From Escherichia coli (lineage in GTDB: Bacteria > Pseudomonadota > Gammaproteobacteria > Enterobacterales > Enterobacteriaceae), in the NCBI RefSeq assembly GCF_003334765.1, contig NZ_QOWT01000041.1: DNA of 30,887 nt. The stretch is one strand, 5' to 3'. The notes under the pieces were generated by a model. That model was not told the DNA's origin. It worked only from the letters and a program-made list of their open reading frames with translations, and did not search any database. The position numbers were made by a program, and so were the translations under genes. The first letter of the stretch is position 1; each line of letters opens with the position of its first letter. Of this stretch, positions 9,140 to 22,646 are shown one piece after another.

Positions 9140-10204
9140 TTAGCGGTGATACTGTTCAGACAGTCGATGCACTGCCTCCACGAACACGCCAGCATGTTCT
9201 GGCGGCACATCCTGATGAATGCCGTGACCAAGGTTAAAGACATGACCTTCGCCGTGACCGAAACCTGCAAGTATAGTCGCTACTTCTTCTTCAATGCGGG
9301 CAGGCGGCGCGTACAGCATCGACGGATCCATATTACCCTGCAACGCGACTTTATTGCCCACACGGCGGCGCGCATCGGCGATGTCCGTTGTCCAGTCGAG
9401 GCCCAGCGCATCGCAACCGGTTTCTGCCATGGCTTCCAGCCACTGTCCGCCGCCTTTGGTAAACAGCGTGACCGGTACGCGGCGACCGTCGTTTTCACGC
9501 AGTAAACCATCAACAATTTTATGCATGTAATAGAGCGAGAACTGTTGATAATCGCGCCCGGTAAGCACGCCGCCCCAGGTGTCGAAAATCATCACTGCCT
9601 GAGCACCGGCTTTAATCTGCGCATTCAGATACAAAGTGACGCTTTTCGCCAGTTTATCGAGCAGAGCGTGCAGCGCCTGCGGATCGGCATACATCATTTT
9701 TTTGATCACGGTGAAGGCTTTGCTGCTGCCGCCTTCCACCATGTAGGTCGCCAGCGTCCACGGGCTGCCGGAAAAACCAATCAGCGGCACTTCGCCTTTC
9801 AGTTCGCGACGAATGGTACGCACCGCGTTCATCACGTAACCCAGTTCATCTTCCGGGTCCGGAATTGGCAGTTTATCGACGTCAGCTTTGCAGGTGACTG
9901 GCGAGGTAAAACGCGGACCTTCTCCGGCTTCAAAATAGAGCCCTAACCCCATCGCGTCCGGCACGGTGAGGATATCGGAAAAGAGGATCGCCGCATCCAG
10001 CGGGTAGCGACGCAGCGGTTGCAAAGTCACTTCGCACGCCAGCTCGGCGTTTTTGCACAGCGACATAAAATCGCCTGCCTGGGCGCGCGTGGCTTTATAT
10101 TCCGGTAGATAGCGACCCGCCTGGCGCATCATCCATACTGGAGTGACATCAACGGGCTGGCGCAGCAGCGCCCGCAGATAACGATCGTTTTTAAGTTCGG
10201 TCAT
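9140..10204 (-). CDS. hemE: Uroporphyrinogen decarboxylase
   Basis: 354 aa beginning [36 protein letters not shown], a URO-D family protein. Confidence 0.95.
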   Translation of the reverse strand: MTELKNDRYLRALLRQPVDVTPVWMMRQAGRYLPEYKATRAQAGDFMSLCKNAELACEVTLQPLRRYPLDAAILFSDILTVPDAMGLGLYFEAGEGPRFTSPVTCKADVDKLPIPDPEDELGYVMNAVRTIRRELKGEVPLIGFSGSPWTLATYMVEGGSSKAFTVIKKMMYADPQALHALLDKLAKSVTLYLNAQIKAGAQAVMIFDTWGGVLTGRDYQQFSLYYMHKIVDGLLRENDGRRVPVTLFTKGGGQWLEAMAETGCDALGLDWTTDIADARRRVGNKVALQGNMDPSMLYAPPARIEEEVATILAGFGHGEGHVFNLGHGIHQDVPPEHAGVFVEAVHRLSEQYHR

Positions 10205-10243
10205 TTTGGCTGTTCCTTAGTGCGTCAGGCGGTCAGTGTATCA

Positions 10244-11017
10244 TCACTCATACTCTGCCCGACACATCGCCACCGTATCTTCTATCAGACGGCGCGCTAC
10301 GGTGCCGGGCGGCGGGAGTAACGGCAAATCGTCATAGCGATACCAGTTCGCCTCGAGCAATTCTTTCGGGTCGATCACGATGTCGCCGCTGTCATATTCC
10401 GCCATAAACGCGGTCATTAAAGACTGAGGAAACGGCCACGGCTGAGAAGTCACGTAACGCAAGTTTTTAACTTTAATTCCGCTCTCTTCCATCACTTCCC
10501 GCGCGACTGCCTGCTCGAGGGTTTCGCCCACTTCGACGAATCCGGCAAGTACTGTATGGACACCGTTACGATGGCGGGTATGCTGGGCGAGGAGGATCGA
10601 ATCATCGCGACGGATGGCAACAATAATGCAGGGGGCGATTTGCGGGTAGTAACGCTCACGGCAATGGCTGCACAGCATCGCCCATTCGGTTTTGCTCGGA
10701 TACATTTCATGCCCGCAGTAACCACAGTATTTATGCGATCGGTAAAACTCCGCCAGTTGTACGCCTCGTCCGGCCAGTTGAAACAGCCCAACATCGAGAT
10801 CAATGACCTGACGTACCGACCCCATATCGTGACGCCGCTGCTGTTGTACTAACCAAACAGGTTCCCCCTGCCATTCGCCGATTTGTAGTGCGCGCTGACC
10901 CACAAGATCGAAATTTGCCGCTTCGCCATATGGCAATTCTCCCTTCGGCAACCATAATTTTTGTTCATGGCTGACGACCCACCAGCCGTGATCTAATTTT
11001 TCAATTATACGATCCAT
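10244..11017 (-). CDS. nudC: NADH pyrophosphatase (Nudix hydrolase)
   Basis: 257 aa with a Cys4 zinc ribbon (CGYCG...CSHC) and a Nudix box ([22 protein letters not shown]). Confidence 0.93.
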
Positions 11018-11111
11018 AGCTCTTGCACTACCTTTGCATCACTGGCATGTTTAACATGGTTTTTACATTTCTCACTGAGCAGTTTTTGAATACAAACTTG
11101 CGGAGTCAATC

Positions 11112-11588
11112 ATGCTTAACCAGCTCGATAACCTGACGGAGCGCGTCAGAGGAAGTAACAAACTGGTTGATCGCTGGCTACATGTACGTAAGCATCTGCT
11201 CGTGGCTTACTACAATCTGGTTGGCATTAAGCCTGGCAAAGAATCGTACATGAGGCTAAACGAAAAAGCCCTTGATGATTTTTGTCAGAGCCTGGTCGAT
11301 TACTTGTCTGCCGGACATTTCAGTATTTATGAGCGCATTCTTCATAAGCTGGAAGGCAACGGGCAACTCGCGCGCGCCGCGAAGATTTGGCCGCAACTCG
11401 AAGCCAATACTCAACAGATTATGGATTACTACGATTCCAGTCTGGAAACCGCCATCGATCATGATAATTACCTTGAGTTTCAACAGGTTTTATCTGACAT
11501 CGGCGAGGCGCTGGAAGCGCGCTTTGTGCTGGAAGATAAGCTGATTCTGCTGGTGCTTGACGCCGCCCGCGTCAAACATCCTGCTTGA
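11112..11588 (+). CDS. rsd: Regulator of sigma D (anti-sigma-70 factor Rsd)
   Basis: 158 aa beginning MLNQLDNLTERVRGSNKLVDRWLHVRKHLLVAYYNLVG. It is divergent from nudC across a 94-bp spacer. Confidence 0.93.
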   Translation: MLNQLDNLTERVRGSNKLVDRWLHVRKHLLVAYYNLVGIKPGKESYMRLNEKALDDFCQSLVDYLSAGHFSIYERILHKLEGNGQLARAAKIWPQLEANTQQIMDYYDSSLETAIDHDNYLEFQQVLSDIGEALEARFVLEDKLILLVLDAARVKHPA

Positions 11589-11621
11589 GTTCTGCGCTGT
11601 TAACGCGTAATTTACATTCAA

Positions 11622-11650
11622 TGCCCCATTTGCGGGGCTAATTTCTTGTC
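11622..11650 (+). terminator. Possible rsd intrinsic terminator (weak)
   Basis: Stem gcccc-atttgc-ggggc followed by taatttctt, 35 bp after the rsd stop. The stem is short, and the hairpin abuts the start of the TPP riboswitch P1 stem. Confidence 0.3.
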
Positions 11651-11729
11651 GGAGTGCCTTAACTGGCTGAGACCGTTTATTCGGGATCCGCGGAACCTGA
11701 TCAGGCTAATACCTGCGAAGGGAACAAGA
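11644..11729 (+). promoter_or_regulatory. TPP (thi-box) riboswitch aptamer in the thiC leader
   Basis: The P1 stem pairs cttgt (11645-11649) with acaag (11724-11728). It encloses the conserved thi-box motifs ctgagaccgtttattcgggatc and aacctgatcaggctaatacctgcgaagggaa. An expression platform follows (hairpin atcgcc/ggcgat, then a U-rich tract) up to the thiC start at 11821. Confidence 0.9.
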
Positions 11730-11817
11730 GTTAATCTGCTATCGCATCGCCCCTGCGGCGATCGTCTCTTGCTTCATCCGTCGTCTGACAAGCCACGTCC
11801 TTAACTTTTTGGAATGA

Positions 11818-14343
<2,526 letters not shown>

Positions 14344-14351
<8 letters not shown>

Positions 14352-15099
14352 CCGTGACTTTATGCGTTATAGCCGCCAAATCCTGCTCGACGATATCGCT
14401 CTGGACGGGCAGCAAAAACTGCTCGACAGCCAGGTGCTGATTATCGGTCTGGGCGGGCTGGGTACACCTGCTGCGCTGTACCTGGCGGGCGCTGGCGTCG
14501 GGACGCTGGTACTGGCAGATGACGACGATGTGCATTTAAGCAATCTGCAACGACAAATCCTCTTTACCACTGAAGATATCGATCGCCCGAAATCGCAGGT
14601 CAGCCAACAGCGACTGACACAGTTGAATCCCGACATTCAACTGACAGCATTACAACAACGGTTAACGGGTGAGGCGTTAAAAGATGCGGTTGCACGGGCC
14701 GATGTGGTGCTCGACTGTACCGACAATATGGCGACTCGCCAGGAGATTAATGCCGCCTGCGTGGCACTCAACACGCCGCTTATCACCGCCAGCGCGGTCG
14801 GATTTGGCGGTCAGTTGATGGTACTGACGCCGCCCTGGGAGCAGGGGTGTTACCGCTGCCTGTGGCCAGATAACCAGGAGCCAGAACGCAACTGCCGCAC
14901 GGCGGGCGTGGTTGGCCCGGTGGTCGGGGTTATGGGCACTTTGCAGGCACTGGAAGCCATTAAGTTATTAAGCGGTATAGAGACACCTGCGGGAGAACTC
15001 CGACTGTTCGACGGTAAATCGAGCCAGTGGCGCAGCCTGGCGTTGCGCCGCGCCAGTGGTTGCCCGGTATGCGGAGGAAGCAATGCAGATCCTGTTTAA
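14344..15099 (+). CDS. thiF: ThiS adenylyltransferase (E1-like)
   Basis: 251 aa from [15 protein letters not shown], with the ThiF/MoeB fold motif GLGGLG and a C-terminal CxxC. The six-frame ORF starting at 14251 is an over-extension. It overlaps the thiE stop by 8 nt. Confidence 0.92.
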
Positions 15100-15283
15100 C
15101 GATCAAGCGATGCAGTGCGCCGCCGGGCAAACTGTTCACGAACTACTGGAGCAACTCGACCAACGACAAGCGGGCGCGGCTCTGGCGATTAATCAGCAAA
15201 TCGTCCCGCGTGAGCAGTGGGCGCAACATATCGTGCAGGATGGCGACCAGATCCTGCTTTTTCAGGTTATTGCAGGGGGTTGA
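15083..15283 (+). CDS. thiS: Sulfur-carrier protein ThiS (C-terminal GG)
   Basis: 66 aa, [16 protein letters not shown]...FQVIAGG, ending in Gly-Gly. The start overlaps the thiF 3' end by 17 nt. Confidence 0.9.
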
Positions 15284-15284
15284 A

Positions 15285-16055
15285 ATGTTACGTATTGCGG
15301 ACAAAACGTTTGATTCACATCTGTTTACCGGCACAGGGAAATTCGCTTCTTCACAACTGATGGTGGAGGCGATCCGCGCTTCCGGCAGCCAGCTGGTGAC
15401 ACTGGCGATGAAACGTGTCGACTTGCGCCAGCACAACGACGCTATCCTCGAACCGCTTATCGCGGCGGGTGTGACCCTGCTGCCAAATACATCCGGGGCG
15501 AAAACAGCGGAAGAAGCCATTTTCGCCGCCCATCTGGCTCGTGAAGCGTTAGGCACAAACTGGTTAAAATTAGAGATTCACCCTGACGCCCGCTGGCTGT
15601 TGCCCGATCCCATCGAAACCCTGAAAGCCGCCGAAACGCTGGTACAACAGGGATTTGTCGTGCTGCCTTACTGCGGGGCCGATCCGGTATTGTGTAAACG
15701 TCTGGAAGAAGTCGGCTGTGCAGCGGTGATGCCGCTCGGCGCGCCGATTGGCTCGAATCAGGGACTGGAAACCCGCGCCATGCTGGAGATTATTATCCAG
15801 CAGGCCACAGTGCCGGTGGTTGTCGATGCTGGCATCGGCGTTCCCAGCCATGCCGCGCAGGCGCTGGAAATGGGGGCCGACGCGGTGTTAGTGAATACGG
15901 CGATTGCCGTCGCGGACGATCCCGTCAACATGGCGAAGGCATTTCGTCTGGCGGTAGAAGCAGGCCTACTGGCACGTCAGTCCGGACCGGGCAGCCGCAG
16001 TTATTTTGCTCATGCCACCAGCCCGCTGACCGGATTTCTGGAGGCATCGGCATGA
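15285..16055 (+). CDS. thiG: Thiazole synthase
   Basis: 256 aa from [20 protein letters not shown]. The thiS stop and thiG start are arranged as TGAAATG. The six-frame ORF starting at 15027 is an over-extension. Confidence 0.93.
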   Translation: MLRIADKTFDSHLFTGTGKFASSQLMVEAIRASGSQLVTLAMKRVDLRQHNDAILEPLIAAGVTLLPNTSGAKTAEEAIFAAHLAREALGTNWLKLEIHPDARWLLPDPIETLKAAETLVQQGFVVLPYCGADPVLCKRLEEVGCAAVMPLGAPIGSNQGLETRAMLEIIIQQATVPVVVDAGIGVPSHAAQALEMGADAVLVNTAIAVADDPVNMAKAFRLAVEAGLLARQSGPGSRSYFAHATSPLTGFLEASA

Positions 16056-17185
16056 AAACCTTCAGCGATCGCTGGCGACAACTGGACTGGGACGACATCC
16101 GCCTGCGTATCAACGGCAAAACGGCTGCTGACGTAGAGCGGGCGCTAAATGCCTCGCAACTCACCCGCGACGACATGATGGCGCTGTTATCGCCTGCCGC
16201 CAGTGGCTATCTGGAACAACTGGCCCAACGGGCGCAGCGTCTGACCCGTCAGCGATTTGGCAACACAGTTAGTTTCTACGTCCCGCTTTATCTTTCCAAT
16301 CTTTGCGCTAACGACTGCACGTACTGTGGATTTTCCATGAGTAATCGCATCAAGCGCAAAACGCTGGATGAAGCGGATATTGCCAGGGAAAGTGCCGCTA
16401 TACGGGAGATGGGCTTTGAACATCTGCTGTTAGTCACTGGTGAACATCAGGCGAAAGTGGGGATGGATTACTTTCGTCGTCATCTCCCTGCCCTTCGTGA
16501 ACAGTTCTCTTCACTACAGATGGAAGTGCAACCGCTGGCGGAGACGGAATACGCCGAGTTAAAGCAACTTGGTCTGGATGGCGTGATGGTTTATCAGGAG
16601 ACATATCACGAGGCGACTTATGCCCGCCATCATCTGAAAGGCAAAAAACAGGACTTCTTCTGGCGGCTGGAAACGCCGGATCGGCTGGGGCGTGCGGGGA
16701 TTGATAAGATAGGCCTCGGCGCGCTAATTGGCCTTTCCGACAACTGGCGCGTTGACAGCTATATGGTTGCCGAACATTTGCTATGGCTGCAACAGCATTA
16801 CTGGCAAAGCCGTTACTCTGTCTCCTTTCCGCGCCTGCGCCCGTGTACTGGCGGCATTGAGCCTGCGTCGATTATGGATGAACGCCAGTTAGTGCAAACC
16901 ATCTGCGCCTTCCGACTGCTTGCACCGGAGATTGAACTGTCACTCTCCACGCGGGAATCACCGTGGTTTCGCGATCGCGTTATTCCGCTGGCGATCAATA
17001 ACGTCAGCGCCTTCTCGAAAACGCAGCCAGGTGGCTATGCCGATAATCACCCCGAGTTGGAACAGTTCTCACCGCACGACGATCGCAGACCGGAAGCGGT
17101 TGCTGCCGCGTTAACCGCTCAGGGTTTGCAGCCGGTATGGAAAGACTGGGACAGCTATCTGGGACGCGCCTCGCAAAGACTATGA
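16052..17185 (+). CDS. thiH: 2-iminoacetate synthase (tyrosine lyase, radical SAM)
   Basis: 377 aa with the CxxxCxxC motif ([10 protein letters not shown]). The start overlaps the thiG stop through an ATGA overlap. Confidence 0.94.
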   Translation: MKTFSDRWRQLDWDDIRLRINGKTAADVERALNASQLTRDDMMALLSPAASGYLEQLAQRAQRLTRQRFGNTVSFYVPLYLSNLCANDCTYCGFSMSNRIKRKTLDEADIARESAAIREMGFEHLLLVTGEHQAKVGMDYFRRHLPALREQFSSLQMEVQPLAETEYAELKQLGLDGVMVYQETYHEATYARHHLKGKKQDFFWRLETPDRLGRAGIDKIGLGALIGLSDNWRVDSYMVAEHLLWLQQHYWQSRYSVSFPRLRPCTGGIEPASIMDERQLVQTICAFRLLAPEIELSLSTRESPWFRDRVIPLAINNVSAFSKTQPGGYADNHPELEQFSPHDDRRPEAVAAALTAQGLQPVWKDWDSYLGRASQRL

Positions 17186-17299
17186 GACGGAATGTAAGAA
17201 CGTAAATTTATTCCGAGCCGCTACGGAAGATGAAAAACGCAAGGTTGTTGAAAGCGTTGTGTTTTTTTATGGTAGTGCCGTCAGCAGGAATGTTGTCCA

Positions 17300-17338
17300 G
17301 GGCGAAAAGCTTCTTCCTCGTTTCGCCCTGCCTTTCTT
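17300..17338 (+). terminator. Candidate intrinsic terminator of the thiCEFSGH operon
   Basis: A perfect 8-bp stem gggcgaaa...tttcgccc with a 13-nt loop, followed by tgcctttctt, about 115 bp after the thiH stop. Confidence 0.45.
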
Positions 17339-17397
17339 AAAAATTCCGTAATGCAAAGTCTGAAGCCATCGCCTGTTGAGCAATGAAAGAGATCTGA

Positions 17398-17426
17398 TTG
17401 TAAGAGAGTAAATACTCAACTATGAT
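17398..17426 (+). promoter_or_regulatory. Near-consensus sigma-70 promoter (TTGTAA-N17-TATGAT) for the intergenic sRNA
   Basis: The -35 element is TTGTAA (17398-17403), followed by an exact 17-bp spacer and the -10 element TATGAT (17421-17426). The predicted transcription start is about 17433-17434. Confidence 0.55.
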
Positions 17427-17432
17427 AGAGAC

Positions 17433-17593
17433 GAAAATAAGAACACATGTTCTCATCTTCCAGGATGCAGCAGACTGAAGAAATTCAGACATCCCGCAAC
17501 CTGCGATTATCGCAAGGTCAAGGCAAAGTCCGGTAATGGCGTTCTGAATACCAGAGATAATTCTCTGGCGAAACCCACCTTAAGGTGGGTTTT
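17433..17593 (+). ncRNA. sroH: Candidate small RNA in the thiH-yjaZ spacer, consistent with SroH
   Basis: A strong promoter (see above) and an intrinsic terminator (17571-17601) delimit a transcript of about 160 nt with no convincing ORF. SroH was reported from RNomics in the htrC(yjaZ)-thiH intergenic region at about this size. Confidence 0.5.
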
Positions 17594-17601
17594 GTTATTT
17601 T
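17571..17601 (+). terminator. Intrinsic terminator (stem aaacccacc/ggtgggttt plus tgttatttt)
   Basis: A 9-bp stem with a ttaa loop followed by a T-rich tail on the plus strand. It overlaps the yjaZ stop codon (17595-17597). It probably ends the sRNA and plus-strand readthrough. Confidence 0.6.
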
Positions 17602-18134
17602 GAGGGCTGAGGAAGCTGCTTATTTCTCAATAAGTTGTAGGCAATGGTGAAAAATTTCACTGATTTACCTTTCTGTTTTTCAGAAATGGGATAAGCGCTA
17701 GTTACATGCAAACGGAGTTTTTTCTTTTCCCTGAAAGCCCTGAACGCAACAAAGTAAAATGCCTTATCTCCTCCGTCTAAGTCCACCTCAATCACGGCAT
17801 AGCTACCATACCCGGCATGAATAACGTTGCTTTCTGGCAGCGCCAAAATAGTTCTTTTTAAGTGTGTGCGCGCTAAGTTATAACGGTGCTGGCAGAAGGG
17901 ACGAGATTCTTTAGGCGCGTGGTACATTAACGATTGTTTTTCTTCGTTCGTCTGATGTTCATAATCTTTTGTGAAGCAGTGAAGAGAGTAGGTAACCCAA
18001 AAGCGATACTCTAAAGGCTCTTTGCCCTCATGATGCTGAACGTAGACAGCCTGATGAGCATCAAGAAATGATAAATCACGAATATCACCATCCGGATGTC
18101 CAAAAGGTCGCCACTTTTCCACTTCCTGTTTCAT
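17595..18134 (-). CDS. yjaZ: Heat-shock / stationary-phase protein YjaZ (HtrC)
   Basis: 179 aa, MKQEVEKWRPFGHPDGDIRDLSFLDAHQAVYVQHHEGKEPLEYRF. It lies downstream of rpoC on the same strand, as in E. coli. Confidence 0.85.
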   Translation of the reverse strand: MKQEVEKWRPFGHPDGDIRDLSFLDAHQAVYVQHHEGKEPLEYRFWVTYSLHCFTKDYEHQTNEEKQSLMYHAPKESRPFCQHRYNLARTHLKRTILALPESNVIHAGYGSYAVIEVDLDGGDKAFYFVAFRAFREKKKLRLHVTSAYPISEKQKGKSVKFFTIAYNLLRNKQLPQPSK

Positions 18135-18297
18135 TCTCGTTCCTTAAGAAAGTTACACAGGAATAGTATCGAATCCTTGCCGAGTTTGACTCAATTAGTT
18201 CAGTCAGTTTCAGGATATTAGTCATCTCTACATTGATTATGAGTATTCAGAAATTCCTTAAATATTCTGACAAATGCTCTTTCCCTAAACTCCCCCC

Positions 18298-18325
18298 ATA
18301 AAAAAACCCGCCGAAGCGGGTTTTT
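18298..18325 (-). terminator. rpoC intrinsic terminator (bidirectional geometry)
   Basis: Stem cccgc-cgaa-gcggg, flanked by an A9 run on one side and a T5 run on the other. On the minus strand it reads stem followed by ttttttt, 22 nt downstream of the rpoC stop. Confidence 0.8.
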
Positions 18326-18346
18326 ACGTTATTTGCGGATTAACGA

Positions 18347-21300
18347 TTACTCGTTATCAGAACCGCCCAGACCTGCGTTCAGCAGTTCTGCCAGGCTGGC
18401 AGATGCGTCTTCTGCAGTCACCTGCGGTGCAGCCGGAGCTTCACCCGCAGCACGGCGACGCATACGATCCTGGTGGTACGCGTAACCGGTACCTGCCGGG
18501 ATCAGACGACCCACGATAACGTTCTCTTTCAGGCCGCGCAGTTCGTCGCGTTTGCCCGCAACGGCTGCTTCGGTCAGCACGCGAGTGGTCTCCTGGAACG
18601 ATGCCGCGGAGATGAAGGACTCGGTTGCCAGAGACGCTTTGGTGATACCCAGCAGATCGCGGGAGTAAGTTGCACCCACTTTGCCGTTCGCTTCCAGTTC
18701 GCGGTTTGCGATCTTGACGCGAGAGTATTCAACCTGTTCGCCTTCCAGGAAGTCGGAGCTACCCGCGTTAACGATGGTAGCTTTACGCAGCATCTGACGA
18801 ACGATAACTTCGATGTGTTTATCGTTAATCTTAACGCCCTGCAGACGGTATACGTCCTGTACTTCGTTAACGATGTAACGAGTAACAGCATGAACACCAC
18901 GCAGACGCAGAATGTCGTGCGGCGCTTCCGGACCGTCGGAAATTACGTCACCACGTTCTACACGTTCACCTTCGAACACGTTGAGCTGACGCCATTTCGG
19001 AATCATCTCTTCGTACGGATCGCTACCGTCTACCGGGGTGATAACCAGACGACGTTTACCTTTGGTTTCTTTACCGAAGGAAACGATACCGCTGATTTCA
19101 GCCAGGATTGCCGGCTCTTTCGGACGACGTGCTTCGAACAGGTCCGCAACGCGCGGCAGACCACCGGTGATGTCCTTGGTACCGCCGGATTCCTGCGGAA
19201 TACGCGCCAGGGTGTCACCAGAGCTGATCTGTACGCCATCTTCCAGCTGAACAATCGCTTTACCCGGCAGGAAGTACTGCGCTGGCATATCGGTACCTGG
19301 GATCAGAACGTCGTTACCCTGAGCATCAACGATTTTCAGTGCCGGACGCAGATCTTTACCACCTGCGGTACGTTCTGCGGAATCCAGAACCACCAGCGAA
19401 GACAGACCGGTCAGTTCGTCGGTCTGACGCGTAATGGTCTGGCCGTCGATCATGTCAGTAAAGCGTACAAAACCGCTTACTTCGGTGATAACCGGCATGG
19501 TGTGCGGGTCCCAGTTTGCAACGGTTTCGCCGCCAGCAACCTGTTCGCCATCGCCTTTCGCCAGTACCGCACCGTAAGGTACTTTGTAGCTTTCTTTAGT
19601 ACGACCGAATTCGTCGATCAGTTTCAGTTCAGTATTACGGGAAGTGATAACCAGTTTACCGCTGGAGTTCACAACCGACTTCACGTTGCTGAGCTTGATG
19701 CTACCTTTGTTTTTCACTTGGATGCTGGATTCAGCAGCCGCACGAGATGCCGCACCACCGATGTGGAACGTACGCATGGTCAGCTGTGTACCCGGTTCAC
19801 CGATGGACTGTGCCGCGATAACACCGATTGCTTCACCCTTGTTGATGATGTGGCCACGCGCCAGGTCACGACCGTAGCAGTGCGCACATACACCAAAGTC
19901 GGTGTCACAAGATACAACAGAACGTACTTTAACCGCGTCGACAGAGTTCTCTTCCAGCAGGTCACACCACTGTTCGTGCAGCAGCGTGTTGCGCGGAACG
20001 AGGATATCAGCAGTACCCGGCTTCAGAACGTCTTCAGCAGTTACACGACCCAGTACGCGATCGCGCAGCGGCTCTTTAACGTCACCACCCTCGATAACCG
20101 GAGTCATCATGATACCTTCATGGGTACCACAATCGTCTTCGGTAACCACCAGGTCCTGCGCCACGTCAACCAGACGACGAGTCAGGTAACCGGAGTTCGC
20201 AGTTTTCAGTGCGGTATCCGCCAGACCTTTACGAGCACCGTGGGTGGAGATGAAGTACTGGAGTACGTTCAGACCTTCACGGAAGTTCGCGGTGATTGGC
20301 GTTTCGATGATGGAGCCATCCGGCTTCGCCATCAGACCACGCATACCAGCAAGCTGACGAATCTGTGCCGCAGAACCACGCGCACCGGAGTCGGCCATCA
20401 TGTAGATGCTGTTGAAGGAAACCTGCTTCTCTTCCTGACCGTCACGGTTAATCACGGTTTCAGTTTGCAGGTTATCCATCATCGCTTTGGATACACGATC
20501 GTTCGCCGCAGCCCAGATATCGATAACTTTGTTGTAGCGTTCGCCCGCAGTTACCAGACCAGACTGGAACTGCTCCTGAATTTCAGCAACTTCTGCTTCT
20601 GCCTCGGAGATGATTTCGTGTTTCTTCTCCGGGATGACCATGTCATCGATACCAACAGATGCACCAGAACGCGCTGCATAGGCGAAGCCGGTGTACATGA
20701 TCTGGTCCGCAAAAATAACGGTCGGTTTCAGACCGAGAATGCGGTAGCAGGTGTTCAGCATTTTGGAGATTGCTTTTTTACCCAGCGCCTGGTTGACGAT
20801 GGAGTAAGGCAGACCTTTCGGTACAATCATCCACAGAATGGCACGGCCAACAGTCGTGTCTTTCAGGCTGGTTTTCGCTACTAATTCACCGTTAGCATCT
20901 TTTTCATACTCGGTGATACGCACTTTAACGCGCGCATGCAGAGAAGCCAGACCAGAGCGATACAGACGTTCTGCTTCTTTCGGGCCAGTCAGCACCATGC
21001 CTTCGCCTTTGGCGTTAACACAGTCACGGGTCATGTAGTACAGACCCAGTACAACGTCCTGAGACGGAACGATGATTGGTTCGCCGTTCGCCGGGGACAG
21101 GATGTTGTTGGTAGACATCATCAGCGCACGCGCTTCCAGCTGGGCTTCCAGCGTCAGCGGTACGTGAACAGCCATCTGGTCACCATCGAAGTCGGCGTTA
21201 TATGCCGCACAAACCAGCGGGTGCAGCTGGATAGCTTTACCTTCGATCAGTACCGGTTCAAATGCCTGGATACCCAGACGGTGCAGAGTCGGTGCACGGT

Positions 21301-22570
21301 TCAGCAGTACCGGGTGTTCGCGGATAACTTCGTCCAGGATATCCCAAACGACAGCTTCTTCGCGCTCAACCATTTTCTTCGCAGCTTTAATGGTGGTAGC
21401 AAGACCACGCAGTTCCAGCTTGCCGTAGATGAACGGTTTGAACAGCTCCAGTGCCATTTTCTTCGGCAGACCGCACTGATGCAGACGCAGGTATGGACCT
21501 ACGGTGATTACAGAACGACCGGAGTAGTCAACACGCTTACCGAGCAGGTTCTGACGGAAACGACCCTGTTTACCTTTGATCATGTCGGCCAAAGATTTCA
21601 GAGGACGCTTGTTAGAACCGGTGATCGCACGACCGCGACGACCGTTATCCAGCAGGGCGTCTACCGCTTCCTGCAGCATACGTTTTTCGTTACGTACGAT
21701 GATGTCCGGCGCAGCCAGATCCAGCAGACGTTTCAGACGGTTGTTACGGTTAATGACGCGACGATACAGATCGTTCAGGTCAGAAGTCGCGAAACGACCA
21801 CCATCCAGCGGAACCAGCGGACGCAGATCTGGCGGCAGTACCGGCAGAACGGTCAGGATCATCCACTCTGGTTTGTTACCAGACTGAACGAACGCTTCCA
21901 GCAGTTTGATACGCTTGGTCAGCTTTTTACGCTTGGTTTCGGAGTTGGTTTCGTTCAGCTCTTCACGCAGCTGTTCGCACTCTTGCTCCAGATCCATGCT
22001 CTTCAGCAGAGCCTGGATTGCTTCCGCCCCCATCTTCGCGTCGAATTCGTCACCGAACTCTTCCAGCGCGTCCAGATACTGCTCTTCAGTCAGGATCTGC
22101 TGACGTTCCAGGTTGGTCATACCGCCTTCGATAACCACATAGGATTCAAAGTACAGTACGCGTTCGATATCGCGCAGCGGCATATCGAGCAGCAGACCGA
22201 TACGGGACGGCAGCGATTTCAGGAACCAGATGTGCGCAGTCGGGGAAGCCAGTTCGATGTGGCCCATACGCTCACGGCGTACTTTAGTCTGGGTCACTTC
22301 AACGCCGCACTTCTCACAGATGACGCCACGGTGTTTCAGGCGCTTGTACTTACCGCACAGGCACTCGTAATCTTTTACCGGCCCAAAGATACGGGCGCAG
22401 AAAAGGCCGTCACGTTCTGGTTTGAACGTACGGTAGTTGATGGTTTCCGGCTTTTTAACTTCACCGAAAGACCATGAACGGATCATGTCTGGCGAAGCCA
22501 GAGCAATTTTGATCGCATCAAACTCTTCGGTTTTAGTCTGCGCTTTCAGAAACTTTAATAAATCTTTCAC
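18347..22570 (-). CDS. rpoC: DNA-directed RNA polymerase beta' subunit
   Basis: 1407 aa starting with a GTG codon ([49 protein letters not shown]). The ribosome-binding site gggag lies upstream, and the gene ends ...AGLGGSDNE. Confidence 0.98.
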
Positions 22571-22646
22571 GGATTTGCTCCCGTCGGAGTTAGCACAATC
22601 CGCTGCCGGGTTTTAACCCGACAGCAGTGACCTGTTTGAGCGAGAA

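Noticed and set aside
15027-15284. Extended ORFs for thiG (342 aa), thiS (75 aa), thiF (282 aa) and rpoB (1353 aa)
   Set aside because: These are over-extensions into upstream genes. The downstream ATG codons give the lengths of the known proteins and have proper junction signals.
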